Shown here: piece after piece, positions 1 to 11,786 of the stretch
How the letters are laid out: each line of letters begins with the position of its first letter
Numbering within the stretch: the stretch's first letter is position 1
Assembly (NCBI GenBank): GCA_041690855.1
Contig: JBEPVU010000001.1
Span: 1 to 29,156, forward strand
Origin: Gammaproteobacteria bacterium
GTDB taxonomy: Bacteria > Pseudomonadota > Gammaproteobacteria > CAIUAS01
Reading direction: 5' to 3'
Length of the DNA: 29,156 nt
Translations under genes and position numbers: made by a program
Notes under the pieces: model-generated
Database searches by the model: none
The model's input: the letters and a program-made list of their open reading frames with translations, nothing else
Told to the model about the DNA's origin: nothing

Positions 1-98
1 GTTATAATACCATGGCAGAATTTTAGTTAGGGTAGTATTAAGTAGCAGGGTGTCGTAGGGAATCTTTTTTTATGCTGTCATCTTTTTACTGCAGTCAG

Positions 99-134
99 TG
101 GGAGATCCTTCGTCGCTATGCTCCTCAGGATGAC
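99..134. repeat. Half copy (right arm) of the GTCATCCTGAG/CTCAGGATGAC palindromic repeat
   Basis: TGGGAGATCCTTCGTCGCTATGCTCCTCAGGATGAC matches 7924-7959 at 34/36 nt. Only TGTCATC (76-82) remains of a possible left arm. Confidence 0.85.
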
Positions 135-141
135 CAGTAAG

Positions 142-999
142 TTAATCTAAAAAATCGGGCGCTCGTGGTTTTTTGCTGGGTTTTGTTACATAGATTTTAC
201 CGTCATCATCACTCAGCGCACCGGTTTTCCAGGGTAATTTATGGTAAGCCGCCGCGGCGCCCGATAAATGAATAATAGGATATTTGATGATGTCAAAAAA
301 AGGTGAATAATCAAAATCGCTGGGCGTATAGAGTTTAGGATTGCGTTGAATTAATTCAATATTATCTGCGTTTTGTTCTAATACGGGCAAAATAGGAAAA
401 TCGACCGCTTGAAAAGCTTCCGCAATCACAGAGGTGCAAATCTCGCGTGTGGAGGAGCTGGCTTTGTGGTTAAATAAACTGGAGCGCCAGCGGCGCGGTA
501 AAATGGAAAGAGGAAATAAAAAGCGGGCTAAATCGAATAATTGACGCATGTTATATTGTATGCCTAAACGATTAATAAGATAAGCAATCACTGCCTGCGC
601 ATCTTGTCTGGCAATACCATTCGGACGGCAGATACGCATATGTTCATTCTGATAATCGGTTAATGGTGAAACAATAATGCCTTGTCCTAACACGCTTTCA
701 ATAATTAATTGCGCATCTGGTTCGCCCATGTAATGTTGTTGCAGACGTTCACGCAATTCTGGCGCAGAAATATCATAAATACGGCCTATATAAAGCGCCG
801 CATGGGTCCAGGGGCTTTGCGTAAACATTTGAATGGCGCGGCTGACGCGTGCACGGCCTTCAATCAACAATACATCGCAGGGACGGATTTCATATTGAAT
901 ACGTTCAAAATCACTTAATGGAAAACCGCGTGTTGGGGCGACATCCTGCAAGAGCCAGTTAATTAATCTAGTGCGTATTTTACGATTGATAATTTGCAT
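142..999 (-). CDS. Permuted papain-like amidase (YiiX/YebB, NlpC/P60 C92 family)
   Basis: 285 aa. N-terminal DVLLIEG...SPWTHAALYIG (His) precedes C-terminal EICTSVIAEAF (Cys), the permuted order. Starts 6 nt after the purB stop. Confidence 0.75.
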   Translation of the reverse strand: MQIINRKIRTRLINWLLQDVAPTRGFPLSDFERIQYEIRPCDVLLIEGRARVSRAIQMFTQSPWTHAALYIGRIYDISAPELRERLQQHYMGEPDAQLIIESVLGQGIIVSPLTDYQNEHMRICRPNGIARQDAQAVIAYLINRLGIQYNMRQLFDLARFLFPLSILPRRWRSSLFNHKASSSTREICTSVIAEAFQAVDFPILPVLEQNADNIELIQRNPKLYTPSDFDYSPFFDIIKYPIIHLSGAAAAYHKLPWKTGALSDDDGKIYVTKPSKKPRAPDFLD

Positions 1000-1005
1000 A
1001 ATAAA

Positions 1006-2391
<1,386 letters not shown>

Positions 2392-2466
2392 TTATGGCTT
2401 GTGTGGGGGCAATTGTGCAGAAATATGGCACTGTCTGCAATAGAGATATAACATTAAGTAGCCAAA

Positions 2467-2475
2467 TGCTATAAT
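2467..2475 (+). promoter_or_regulatory. Extended -10 promoter (TGnTATAAT) for the symporter
   Basis: TGCTATAAT, 36 nt upstream of the ATG at 2512. Confidence 0.6.
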
Positions 2476-2511
2476 CCGCCGTTTTAAAGACTAGAGGGGT
2501 AGAAATAAGTC

Positions 2512-3795
2512 ATGGTAATAGCAAAGCGTAAGTCTATATTATATTTCTGGTTTGTGCTAAAGCCTTGGCAACGCATTATTTTGGGATTACTGCTGGGTAT
2601 TGCTACCGGTTTGATTTTTGGCCAGAAAGCGACTTATTTAAAACCTATTGGCTCCTTATTTATTAATGCCATTCATATGATGATTGCGCCCGTGGTATTT
2701 ACGGCGATTGTCTGTGCGGTATTAACCATGCATGATCCGCATAAAATGCGGCGTATTGGCACTAAAACCATTTTGCTCTATACCGCTTGTATGATAGTGG
2801 CGGCGAGTATTGGCTTAGGCGTTGGTACATTAATTGCACCTGGCCATGGGTTGCAGCCATTGCCGGGCGATCCTGGCAGTGTTGCTAAGGCAGTCCCTTC
2901 TTTAAGTGAACTTATTATTAATATTATTCCGGCTAATCCGGTGGCGGCTTTTGCTGCAGGCAATATTCTGCAGATTTTAGTATTTGCACTGATTTTAGGC
3001 ATTGCGATTAATATGGCGGGAGAAAAAAGCCAGCCAGTGGCGGATTTTTTCCGCGCTTTTTCCGGGGTAGTATTTAAGTTAACAGCCATCGTAATGAGTT
3101 TTGCGCCCGTTGGTATTTTTGCCTTAATGGCCTGGGTAACGGGTGAGTTTGGCATGGGAGCGTTGATACCGTTAATGAAGCTGGTGGCAACGGTTTATTT
3201 TTGTTGTCTTTTACATTGCGTGCTGGTGTATGCCGGTTCACTGGCGGCGCTTAAGTTAGAGCCGCGGCATTTTTTCAAGGGGGCGGTGGATGCTATTTTA
3301 ATGGCGTTCAGTACGTCCAGCAGTGCGGCGACTTTGCCGGTGACGATGCGTTGTGCGGAGGAGAATTTAGGTATTTCAAAAGGGGTGTCGGGATTTTTGT
3401 TACCGCTGGGGACTACATTAAATTTGAATGGCTTATCGATTTATTTAGGCGTTGCCACTGTTTTTGCAGCGAATATGTATGGTGTGCATTTATCGCTGGC
3501 GCAGTATGTGACGGTGGTGGTTACGATTGTGTTGACTTCTATGGGCGCCGGGGGCGTACCTGGTTCGGCGATTATTGTGATGGGCGCGGTGATGAGTTCT
3601 GTTGGGTTGCCGCTGGGCGCTATTCCTTTGATTGCGGGTGTTGATCGGTTAAATGATATGGCGCAGACGACGACGAATGTGCTGGGTGATTTATATGCGG
3701 CTGTGGTGGTTGCGAGGAGTGAGAAGGAATTGAATTTGAAGGTTTATAATAGTTCGAATGATGCAACGGAGATTGAAGAGGTTCCTTCTGTATGA
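2512..3795 (+). CDS. Dicarboxylate/amino acid:cation symporter (DAACS, GltP/GltT-like)
   Basis: Multi-TM 427 aa with AFSTSSSAATLP, LPLGTTLNLNG, GAGGVPG and GVDRLNDMAQTTTNVLGD motifs. Confidence 0.92.
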   Translation: MVIAKRKSILYFWFVLKPWQRIILGLLLGIATGLIFGQKATYLKPIGSLFINAIHMMIAPVVFTAIVCAVLTMHDPHKMRRIGTKTILLYTACMIVAASIGLGVGTLIAPGHGLQPLPGDPGSVAKAVPSLSELIINIIPANPVAAFAAGNILQILVFALILGIAINMAGEKSQPVADFFRAFSGVVFKLTAIVMSFAPVGIFALMAWVTGEFGMGALIPLMKLVATVYFCCLLHCVLVYAGSLAALKLEPRHFFKGAVDAILMAFSTSSSAATLPVTMRCAEENLGISKGVSGFLLPLGTTLNLNGLSIYLGVATVFAANMYGVHLSLAQYVTVVVTIVLTSMGAGGVPGSAIIVMGAVMSSVGLPLGAIPLIAGVDRLNDMAQTTTNVLGDLYAAVVVARSEKELNLKVYNSSNDATEIEEVPSV

Positions 3796-4301
3796 CGACA
3801 TCTACATTGCCAGGTAAACGGGTGAGTGAATCGGCGGTGCATGAGCATACGTATAAGGTGTTTCCCAATGATTTGAATTCGTATGGTACTGCTTTTGGTG
3901 GGATGATTATGGCAATCCTGGATCGGATTACGCTGGTGGTGGCGGAAAGGCATAGTAGTAAGACTTGTGTGACGGTATCAGTGGATGCAATGCATTTTCT
4001 AGCCCCAGCGGGGCAGGGTGATATTCTATTGTTTTATGCATCAATTAATCGAAGCTGGCGTACCTCAATGGAAATTGGTGTAAAAGTATTAGCGGAGCAT
4101 TATCAAACGGGTGAGAAACGGCATATTTTATCGGCTTATTTTACCTTTGTAGCCTTGGATGAAGAGAAACAACCTGCAGAAGTTCCCCCTGTAATCCCCG
4201 AAACCCCTACCGAAAAACGCCGCTACAGCGAAGCGGGCAATCGGCGTGAAAGACGGCATCAAGAAGCCGCCGAACGAAAAGCAGGATGGCAGAAGGAATA
4301 A
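3792..4301 (+). CDS. Acyl-CoA thioesterase (hotdog fold, YciA-like)
   Basis: VFPNDLNSYGTAFGG, VTVSVDAMHF, SMEIGVKV, SAYFTFVALDE. ATGA overlap with the symporter stop. Confidence 0.9.
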   Translation: MTTSTLPGKRVSESAVHEHTYKVFPNDLNSYGTAFGGMIMAILDRITLVVAERHSSKTCVTVSVDAMHFLAPAGQGDILLFYASINRSWRTSMEIGVKVLAEHYQTGEKRHILSAYFTFVALDEEKQPAEVPPVIPETPTEKRRYSEAGNRRERRHQEAAERKAGWQKE

Positions 4302-4305
4302 GCGT

Positions 4306-4352
4306 TGTATAATTAGACATGCTGATTAATACCAGCTATAATTCATTATACA
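4306..4352 (+). promoter_or_regulatory. Sigma70 promoter of the TA operon within an inverted repeat
   Basis: TAGACA(4314-19)-N17-TATAAT(4337-42), flanked by TGTATAAT(4306-13)/ATTATACA(4345-52), with an inner GCTG-N8-CAGC. Confidence 0.65.
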
Positions 4353-4370
4353 TGTATGGAGTTTATTTTT

Positions 4371-4592
4371 ATGCTTAATCAAAGAGTTACTAAGACCCAC
4401 AGAACAATACCAGAGAGTCTGGTCAATACTTACCGGCGCTTTGGCCGCTTCGGGCCTGCCTATCAAATTCTTGGCATCATCCGAAAATTAGACAGCGGTG
4501 ATATTTTAATGAAAATCCATGTTTTTGAAAGTAATGAAGATGTTGAATATCCGCTTTCTAATATTTTAAATGATCCGCTAGAGGCTAATTAA
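4371..4592 (+). CDS. DUF5397-like small protein, putative antitoxin of VapD (VapY-type)
   Basis: YRRFGRFGPAYQIL...LMKIHVFESNEDVEYPLSNILNDP resembles DUF5397 from memory. Lies directly upstream of vapD. Start moved from 4356 to 4371 because GGAG (4358-61) precedes that ATG. Confidence 0.7.
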   Translation: MLNQRVTKTHRTIPESLVNTYRRFGRFGPAYQILGIIRKLDSGDILMKIHVFESNEDVEYPLSNILNDPLEAN

Positions 4593-4594
4593 AA

Positions 4595-4873
4595 ATGTAC
4601 GCAATCGCGTTTGATCTTGTTGTAGCAGAGACTAATAAACATCATCCTAAAGGAGTATCACAGGCTTATAATGATATTGCTAATGTTTTAGCAGGATTTG
4701 GTTTTACCTGGGTGCAAGGCAGCTTATATGTTAATAATAATGAAGATATGTCTAATTTATTTGAAGCAGTTATTGCACTTAAATCTTTATCTTGGCTCCC
4801 AAAATCAGTACGTGACATTCGAGCGTTTCGAGTTGAGCAGTGGTCAGATTTTACAAAAATAGTAAAAAATTAA
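4595..4873 (+). CDS. vapD: Virulence-associated protein D (Cas2-like ferredoxin-fold nuclease toxin)
   Basis: MYAIAFDL (catalytic Asp), AYNDI, FGFTWVQGSLY, SVRDIRAFRVEQWSDFT. Confidence 0.92.
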   Translation: MYAIAFDLVVAETNKHHPKGVSQAYNDIANVLAGFGFTWVQGSLYVNNNEDMSNLFEAVIALKSLSWLPKSVRDIRAFRVEQWSDFTKIVKN

Positions 4874-4890
4874 CATGAATTTTATCCCAT

Positions 4891-4919
4891 AAAAAAACCC
4901 CGCTTTCGCGGGGTTTTTT
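4891..4919. terminator. Bidirectional intrinsic terminator between vapD and groL
   Basis: A7-CCCCGC-TTTC-GCGGGG-T6 between convergent genes. Confidence 0.92.
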
Positions 4920-4939
4920 GTAGAGCAACAGAATACGAT

Positions 4940-6616
<1,677 letters not shown>

Positions 6617-6638
6617 TCATTGCAATTGATTAATGAGA

Positions 6639-6944
6639 TTAACCTTCAATAACACCCAGAATATCTTCTTCACGTAATACGAGTAGCTCTTTGTTGTCGA
6701 GTTTGACTTCTGTACCTGCATATTTGCCGAACAGTACGGTATCGCCCACTTTAACGCTAAGCGCACGGGTATCGCCGTTATCCAGTAATTTGCCAGCGCC
6801 AACAGCCACAATAGTGCCGCGGATAGGTTTTTCTTTAGCGGTGTCTGGAATGACAATGCCGCCCGCGCTGAGTTTTTCTTCCTCTTCACGTGTGACGATC
6901 ACACGGTCATAGAGGGGACGAATCTTGATTTTTTCTTTACTCAT
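6639..6944 (-). CDS. groS: Co-chaperonin GroES
   Basis: [40 protein letters not shown]. Confidence 0.99.
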   Translation of the reverse strand: MSKEKIKIRPLYDRVIVTREEEEKLSAGGIVIPDTAKEKPIRGTIVAVGAGKLLDNGDTRALSVKVGDTVLFGKYAGTEVKLDNKELLVLREEDILGVIEG

Positions 6945-7008
6945 GTAAAGTCTCCTTTAAGTTTTGCTGCGATTACTCTAAACTAAATTTCAGGTCTAAA
7001 ACCTAGAA

Positions 7009-7035
7009 TTAGCACTCTAAGCCTTCGAGTGCTAA
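7009..7035. promoter_or_regulatory. CIRCE element (HrcA operator)
   Basis: Perfect TTAGCACTC-N9-GAGTGCTAA upstream of groS. Confidence 0.96.
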
Positions 7036-7062
7036 TCATAGGCTTTCTGGATATTTAGTCAA
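7035..7062 (-). promoter_or_regulatory. Sigma70-type groESL promoter abutting CIRCE
   Basis: Minus strand TTGACT-N16-TATGAT. The -10 box shares a base with the CIRCE edge. Confidence 0.65.
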
Positions 7063-7070
7063 GTAGTTTA

Positions 7071-7096
7071 ATGGTGACGAACACGGTTTTTTCAAG
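7071..7096 (-). promoter_or_regulatory. Sigma32 (RpoH)-type groESL promoter
   Basis: Minus strand CTTGAA-N14-CACCAT, against the consensus CTTGAA-N13-17-CCCCAT. Confidence 0.7.
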
Positions 7097-7097
7097 T

Positions 7098-7862
7098 ATG
7101 AATAAAAAAGTGCAATCTACACAGGCCACGGTTGACTTTGGCTACCAGGAAGTGCCTGTCCAGGAAAAAATCCATAAAGTAGCGGAAGTCTTTACTTCTG
7201 TAGCCAGTCAATACGATTTGATGAACGACTTAATGTCATTAGGTGTGCATCGCTTATGGAAAAAATTTACGCTGGAAACCAGCGGCGTGCGGGTAGGCCA
7301 GCGGGTATTAGATTTAGCCGGTGGCACAGGCGATCTGGCGGGTGCGTTTGCTAAAAAAGTGGGGCATAGCGGTGCTGTTTATCTGGCCGATATTAATGAA
7401 AATATGCTGAAGACTGGCCGCGATCGCTTAATCAATGCAGGCTTAATGAATAATCTTTTTTTTGTGCAGGCGAATGCTGAAAGTCTGCCGTTTGCCGATA
7501 ATTATTTTAACTGCGCCAGTATGGCTTTTGGGCTGCGCAATGTCACCGATAAAAGGGCGGCTTTAACAGCGCTGTATCGCGTATTGCAACCCGGTGGGCA
7601 ATTATTAGTGTTAGAATTTTCAAAACCGATATTACCGCTGGTGCAAGCGATTTATGATCGCTATTCTTTTGCATTACTGCCAAAACTGGGCGAATGGGTA
7701 GCAGGCGACGCGGCCAGTTATCAATATTTAGTAGAATCTATCCGGCGGCATCCTGATCAGGAAACCCTAAAAGAAATGATTTTAACGGCAGGGTTTGATA
7801 AATGTGAATATCATAATTTGAGCAATGGTATAGTCGCCTTGCATCGCGGTTGGAAGTATTAA
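7098..7862 (+). CDS. ubiE: Ubiquinone/menaquinone C-methyltransferase UbiE
   Basis: [28 protein letters not shown] motif [23 protein letters not shown]. Start placed at MNKKVQ (7098) instead of 7071. Confidence 0.95.
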   Translation: MNKKVQSTQATVDFGYQEVPVQEKIHKVAEVFTSVASQYDLMNDLMSLGVHRLWKKFTLETSGVRVGQRVLDLAGGTGDLAGAFAKKVGHSGAVYLADINENMLKTGRDRLINAGLMNNLFFVQANAESLPFADNYFNCASMAFGLRNVTDKRAALTALYRVLQPGGQLLVLEFSKPILPLVQAIYDRYSFALLPKLGEWVAGDAASYQYLVESIRRHPDQETLKEMILTAGFDKCEYHNLSNGIVALHRGWKY

Positions 7863-7868
7863 ACAGTT

Positions 7869-7960
7869 TGTCATCCTGAGAAGCGTTAGCGACGAAGGAT
7901 CTCTCTAGTTAGGCACAATTGTTGGGAGATCCTTCGTTGCTACGCTCCTCAGGATGACAG
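7869..7960. repeat. 92-bp palindromic (REP/BIME-like) element with GTCATCCTGAG...CTCAGGATGAC ends
   Basis: Arms 7869-7903 and 7927-7960 are near-perfect inverted repeats around a 23-nt loop. A second partial copy is at 99-134. Confidence 0.9.
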
Positions 7961-7971
7961 AAAAAGAGTTC

Positions 7972-9348
7972 TCAGTATGATCCCTCAAAAAATTGAATAT
8001 TATTCCGGCCGGATTCTTTGGCGCGGTACATGGCTTTATCGGCAAATTTTAATAATTCATCAGGCTCAATGCTGTCTCTGGGATAAAAACTAATCCCAAT
8101 ACTAGCCGTAATGACGACAGGATAATCTGCAACCATCATAGGTTCTGCCAGCTTGCCGCTGATTTTTTCTGCTAAGGCAATAACCTGTTCAAACTGTATA
8201 AGATTAGAAAAAAGAATAATAAATTCATCGCCGCCTAAGCGGGCGACAGTGTCGCTTTCGCGTATATTAGCCCTTAAACGTTCAGCGATTATTTTCAAAA
8301 CGGCATCGCCAATGGGATGCCCCAGCCGATCATTAATATTTTTAAAGCCATCCAGGTCTAAAAATAAAACAGCAATAAAATGATTAGTCCGTTTAGCTTG
8401 CGCGATCATTTGTTGTAAACGATCTAATAGTAAAATCCGGTTGGGCAGTTCCGTCAAAGCATCATGTGTGGCTTGATTCAGCAATTGCTTTAAATGAATG
8501 TTCGCATTGTACAAAGCTGTTTTTGTTAACTCCAACTGCCGGTTTTTTTGCTGCAGAAGATTACTGGCGGCTTGTTTATACGTTAAAGAAACTAAGGCAA
8601 TACCTATCGTTAAAATACTGATAATAGTCGTATAAGAGCTTAAAAAATGCCAATTAAATAAATTATCCTGCAGCGTAACCGTTAAATTGGTGGGAACAAA
8701 TATTAATGCCGCCAGGCCTATGTAATGGGTGCCGCAGATAGCGGCGCCCATAAATAACGCGCTTAATAATTTTAAGTACAGTTGCTTATTTGTTTTGGCG
8801 TAATAGGTGTTGGTAGCCAGCCATAAAGCAATAATACAGGCTAAAATAGCAATAATAATCGAACTCACAAATAAACCCGGGCGATGATAAATTTTTACGC
8901 TATCATGCTGCAATGTAATAATGCTGATGTAGTGCATAATAAAAATAGCCAGTCCCAGCAGAATGCCGGCTATTACAAGGCGTAAATAAAACCAACGGTG
9001 AAACTTAAATAACGAGAGCGCCAGACCGCTTAATAAAGCCGTGGCTAACATGCCTGCTATTGTTAACGAAAAATCATAATGAATTGAGGTGGGGGCGATA
9101 TACGCCAGCATACCCATAAATTGTATGGACCAGATCCCGGCGCTTAAAGCAAACGCGCTGCCGCAAATCCATAAAAACTTGGCATTCTGGCTGCCTTCAT
9201 CACTCGTGCGTAAATGGCCCGTAATATCTAAGGCCACGTAAGAAGCACAGACGACTATTAAATACGAAAGTCCCATCAGGAGAACATTATAACTTCCACT
9301 GAGTGGATGGCTTATAATAGCGCTGGGTTGAAAAAATTCTGTGAACAT
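7972..9348 (-). CDS. MHYT-domain membrane diguanylate cyclase (MHYT-GGDEF)
   Basis: Seven-TM N-terminus with degenerate MHYT repeats (IQFMG, MHYIS, THYIG). ATHDALTELPNR, DLDGFKNIND, I-site RESD and GGDEF are present. No EAL domain. Confidence 0.9.
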   Translation of the reverse strand: MFTEFFQPSAIISHPLSGSYNVLLMGLSYLIVVCASYVALDITGHLRTSDEGSQNAKFLWICGSAFALSAGIWSIQFMGMLAYIAPTSIHYDFSLTIAGMLATALLSGLALSLFKFHRWFYLRLVIAGILLGLAIFIMHYISIITLQHDSVKIYHRPGLFVSSIIIAILACIIALWLATNTYYAKTNKQLYLKLLSALFMGAAICGTHYIGLAALIFVPTNLTVTLQDNLFNWHFLSSYTTIISILTIGIALVSLTYKQAASNLLQQKNRQLELTKTALYNANIHLKQLLNQATHDALTELPNRILLLDRLQQMIAQAKRTNHFIAVLFLDLDGFKNINDRLGHPIGDAVLKIIAERLRANIRESDTVARLGGDEFIILFSNLIQFEQVIALAEKISGKLAEPMMVADYPVVITASIGISFYPRDSIEPDELLKFADKAMYRAKESGRNNIQFFEGSY

Positions 9349-9410
9349 AACATCCCTATTGTTTTCTAAAGTGGATCGCTACCTTGAAATATACTCACTG
9401 CCCTTTGAAA

Positions 9411-9460
9411 TTGCGTATTATTCCTTCCCCCTTCAAGGGGGAGGAGATTAAAATACGCAA
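9411..9460. repeat. CCTTCCCCC/GGGGGAGG hairpin repeat, copy 1
   Basis: TTGCGTATT...CCTTCCCCCTTCAAGGGGGAGG...AATACGCAA. The core TATTATTCCTTCCCC recurs at 25526. Confidence 0.7.
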
Positions 9461-9543
9461 AACCTTAGTGCGTTTGGTAAATAGCACACAATTTTGATAA
9501 TACATGGTAACATTAGCTTTTTTAAGATACCAGTTTTGCAATT

Positions 9544-10155
9544 ATGCTCATTTCTTTTATGCTGACAACGGCTGAGAAAGCCTTAAATAAATTTCTGCAG
9601 ATGGATCCGCAAACGCCGCTGCGTCTGACGGCTATTGCCGGTAAAGTAATTTGTATCGAGTTTCAACCCATCAACTATGCGGTTTATTTTTTAATCCAGC
9701 AGCATGATATTCGCCTGTTAAGTAATTATAACCCCACACCGGATGTACATTTAGCCGGTGCGCCCTTTGATTTTTTACGTTTAAGTAAAGCGGCTTCCAG
9801 TAGTAAAGCATTGTTTGAAAGTAATATTAAAGTAACGGGCGATTTAGACGTTGCTAAGCAGTTTAAAAAGATTTTTGCTGAATTAGATATTGATTGGGAA
9901 GAGCAATTATCAAAAGTAACGGGTGATGTGATTGCACATCAGGTCGGCAATTTTATGCGTTCTTTAGGACGGTGGGCGCGGCATAGCGCAGCAAGCTTAA
10001 AGCAGGATGTGACGGAATATGTGCAGGATGAAGCGCGCTGGTTGCCTTTACGGATGGAAGTGCAGGCATTTTTGCAGCAGGTCGATGAAACACGCGATGC
10101 CGTTGAGCGCTTAAGTCTACGCATACAACGCTTACAACAACGGACAACAGTATGA
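9544..10155 (+). CDS. ubiJ: Ubiquinone biosynthesis accessory factor UbiJ (SCP2 domain)
   Basis: [43 protein letters not shown]-terminal coiled coil. Position before ubiB. Confidence 0.88.
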   Translation: MLISFMLTTAEKALNKFLQMDPQTPLRLTAIAGKVICIEFQPINYAVYFLIQQHDIRLLSNYNPTPDVHLAGAPFDFLRLSKAASSSKALFESNIKVTGDLDVAKQFKKIFAELDIDWEEQLSKVTGDVIAHQVGNFMRSLGRWARHSAASLKQDVTEYVQDEARWLPLRMEVQAFLQQVDETRDAVERLSLRIQRLQQRTTV

Positions 10156-11786
10156 GGCGTCTTTTTCGTTTAATTCAAATCCATGTTATTTTAGCGCGTT
10201 ATGGTTTGGATGAATTAATTTTATCCTTACATTTATTCCGGCCTTTGCGCTTTTTAATATATCTCAATCCCTGGAACTGGTGTGTTAATAAAAAGCGCTT
10301 ACGCGGTGAACGCTTGCGCCTTGCGCTGGAAGCATTAGGGCCTATTTTTGTGAAATTTGGTCAGGCATTGTCTACGCGGCGGGATTTACTGCCGGAAGAC
10401 ATTGCCGATGAGTTAGCAAAATTGCAGGATAAAGTGCCGCCATTTCCAGGCGAAATAGCGAAGCAAATGATTGAGCAGGCTTATGGATTTCCACTGGAAG
10501 ATGTGCTGCAGGATTTTGCAGTGATACCATTGGCCTCGGCTTCGATAGCACAGGTCCATACGGCAAAATTGCAGAATGGCAAAGAAATTATTATTAAAGT
10601 TTTGCGGCCGGGCGTGCATAAAAATATTCAGCGTGATGTGGCGTTATTATATGTGTTGGCTGGTTTGGCCGAACGTTATTGGTCGGAAGGGCCGCGTTTG
10701 CGGCCTAAAGCAGTGGTGGCGGAATTTGAACGTCATTTAGCGGATGAATTAGATTTATTACGCGAAGCGGCCAGCGCCTCGCAGTTGCGGCGCAATTTTT
10801 TAAATTCTCCGCTGTTATATATTCCAGAAGTATATTGGCATTACACACGGAAAAATATTTTAGTGCAGGAACGGATCTATGGTATTCCAATTGGGGATAT
10901 TAAGGCTTTAAAACAACAGAATATTAATTTAAAAGTGCTGGCGGAGCGGGGCGTAGAGATTTTTTTCACGCAGGTTTTCCGCGATTGTTTTTTTCATGCC
11001 GATATGCACCCAGGCAATATTTTCGTCTCACCACAACATCCCGATAATCCACAATATTTAGGCGTTGATTTTGGCATTATGGGGACGTTAAGTCCTTTTG
11101 ATCAGCGCTATCTGGCTGAAAATTTATTGGCTTTTTTTAATCGAGATTATCAGCGGGTGGCGGAATTACATGTGGAATCAGGCTGGGTGCCGGCCGACAC
11201 GCCGGTTGATCAATTTGAAGCAGCGATCCGCACCGTTTGTGAACCTATTTTTGAACGGCCATTAAAAGATATTTCTTTTGGCCAGTTATTATTGCAATTA
11301 TTTCAAACGGCAGGCCGTTTTAATATGCAGGTGCAACCGCAATTAGTATTGCTGCAAAAAACATTATTTAACGTCGAAGGTTTAGGCCGCCAGCTTTATC
11401 CTGATTTAGATTTATGGGCGACCGCTAAACCTTTTCTCGAACGCTGGCTGAAAAACCAGCTTGGCGCACGCGCATTATTGCGTAAAATTCGCCGTAATAT
11501 GCCTTATTGGGCAGAAAAATTACCGGATTTGCCGGATTTATTATATCAAACACTGGTTGATTTAAAGGAACAAAAGCGCACACATAAGCAAATTGTGGTA
11601 CATGAAAAAAACAGAAAACTGACTCATAGCAATCGCAGCCCTTGGCGTTTGGCGTTTGGTATCGTATTAATAGTAATAGCGTTATGGCTTAATTTACCGG
11701 CGGAATTTTTAACAGACATTCAGCATGTGCATCCAGTTTATGCTTTTGTATTAGGAATAATAGGTTTAATTTTTTTATTGCTATGA
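10152..11786 (+). CDS. ubiB: Ubiquinone biosynthesis kinase-like protein UbiB (ABC1 family)
   Basis: [50 protein letters not shown] overlap with ubiJ. Confidence 0.96.
   Translation: MRRLFRLIQIHVILARYGLDELILSLHLFRPLRFLIYLNPWNWCVNKKRLRGERLRLALEALGPIFVKFGQALSTRRDLLPEDIADELAKLQDKVPPFPGEIAKQMIEQAYGFPLEDVLQDFAVIPLASASIAQVHTAKLQNGKEIIIKVLRPGVHKNIQRDVALLYVLAGLAERYWSEGPRLRPKAVVAEFERHLADELDLLREAASASQLRRNFLNSPLLYIPEVYWHYTRKNILVQERIYGIPIGDIKALKQQNINLKVLAERGVEIFFTQVFRDCFFHADMHPGNIFVSPQHPDNPQYLGVDFGIMGTLSPFDQRYLAENLLAFFNRDYQRVAELHVESGWVPADTPVDQFEAAIRTVCEPIFERPLKDISFGQLLLQLFQTAGRFNMQVQPQLVLLQKTLFNVEGLGRQLYPDLDLWATAKPFLERWLKNQLGARALLRKIRRNMPYWAEKLPDLPDLLYQTLVDLKEQKRTHKQIVVHEKNRKLTHSNRSPWRLAFGIVLIVIALWLNLPAEFLTDIQHVHPVYAFVLGIIGLIFLLL

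Noticed and set aside
28-43. Degenerate PmrA-like box on the minus strand (cTTAA-TA-CT-AC-cCTAA)
   Set aside because: Two mismatches, no -10 at the expected spacing, and the downstream gene lies outside the window.
3300-4300. Skew flips interpreted as oriC or terminus
   Set aside because: The flips recur at least twice within 29 kb on a sub-kb scale, and no DnaA-box cluster or dif site is visible.
4595-4873. Cas2-like gene as evidence of a CRISPR-Cas locus
   Set aside because: It is VapD-type. No cas1 and no regularly spaced repeat-spacer array occur in the window.
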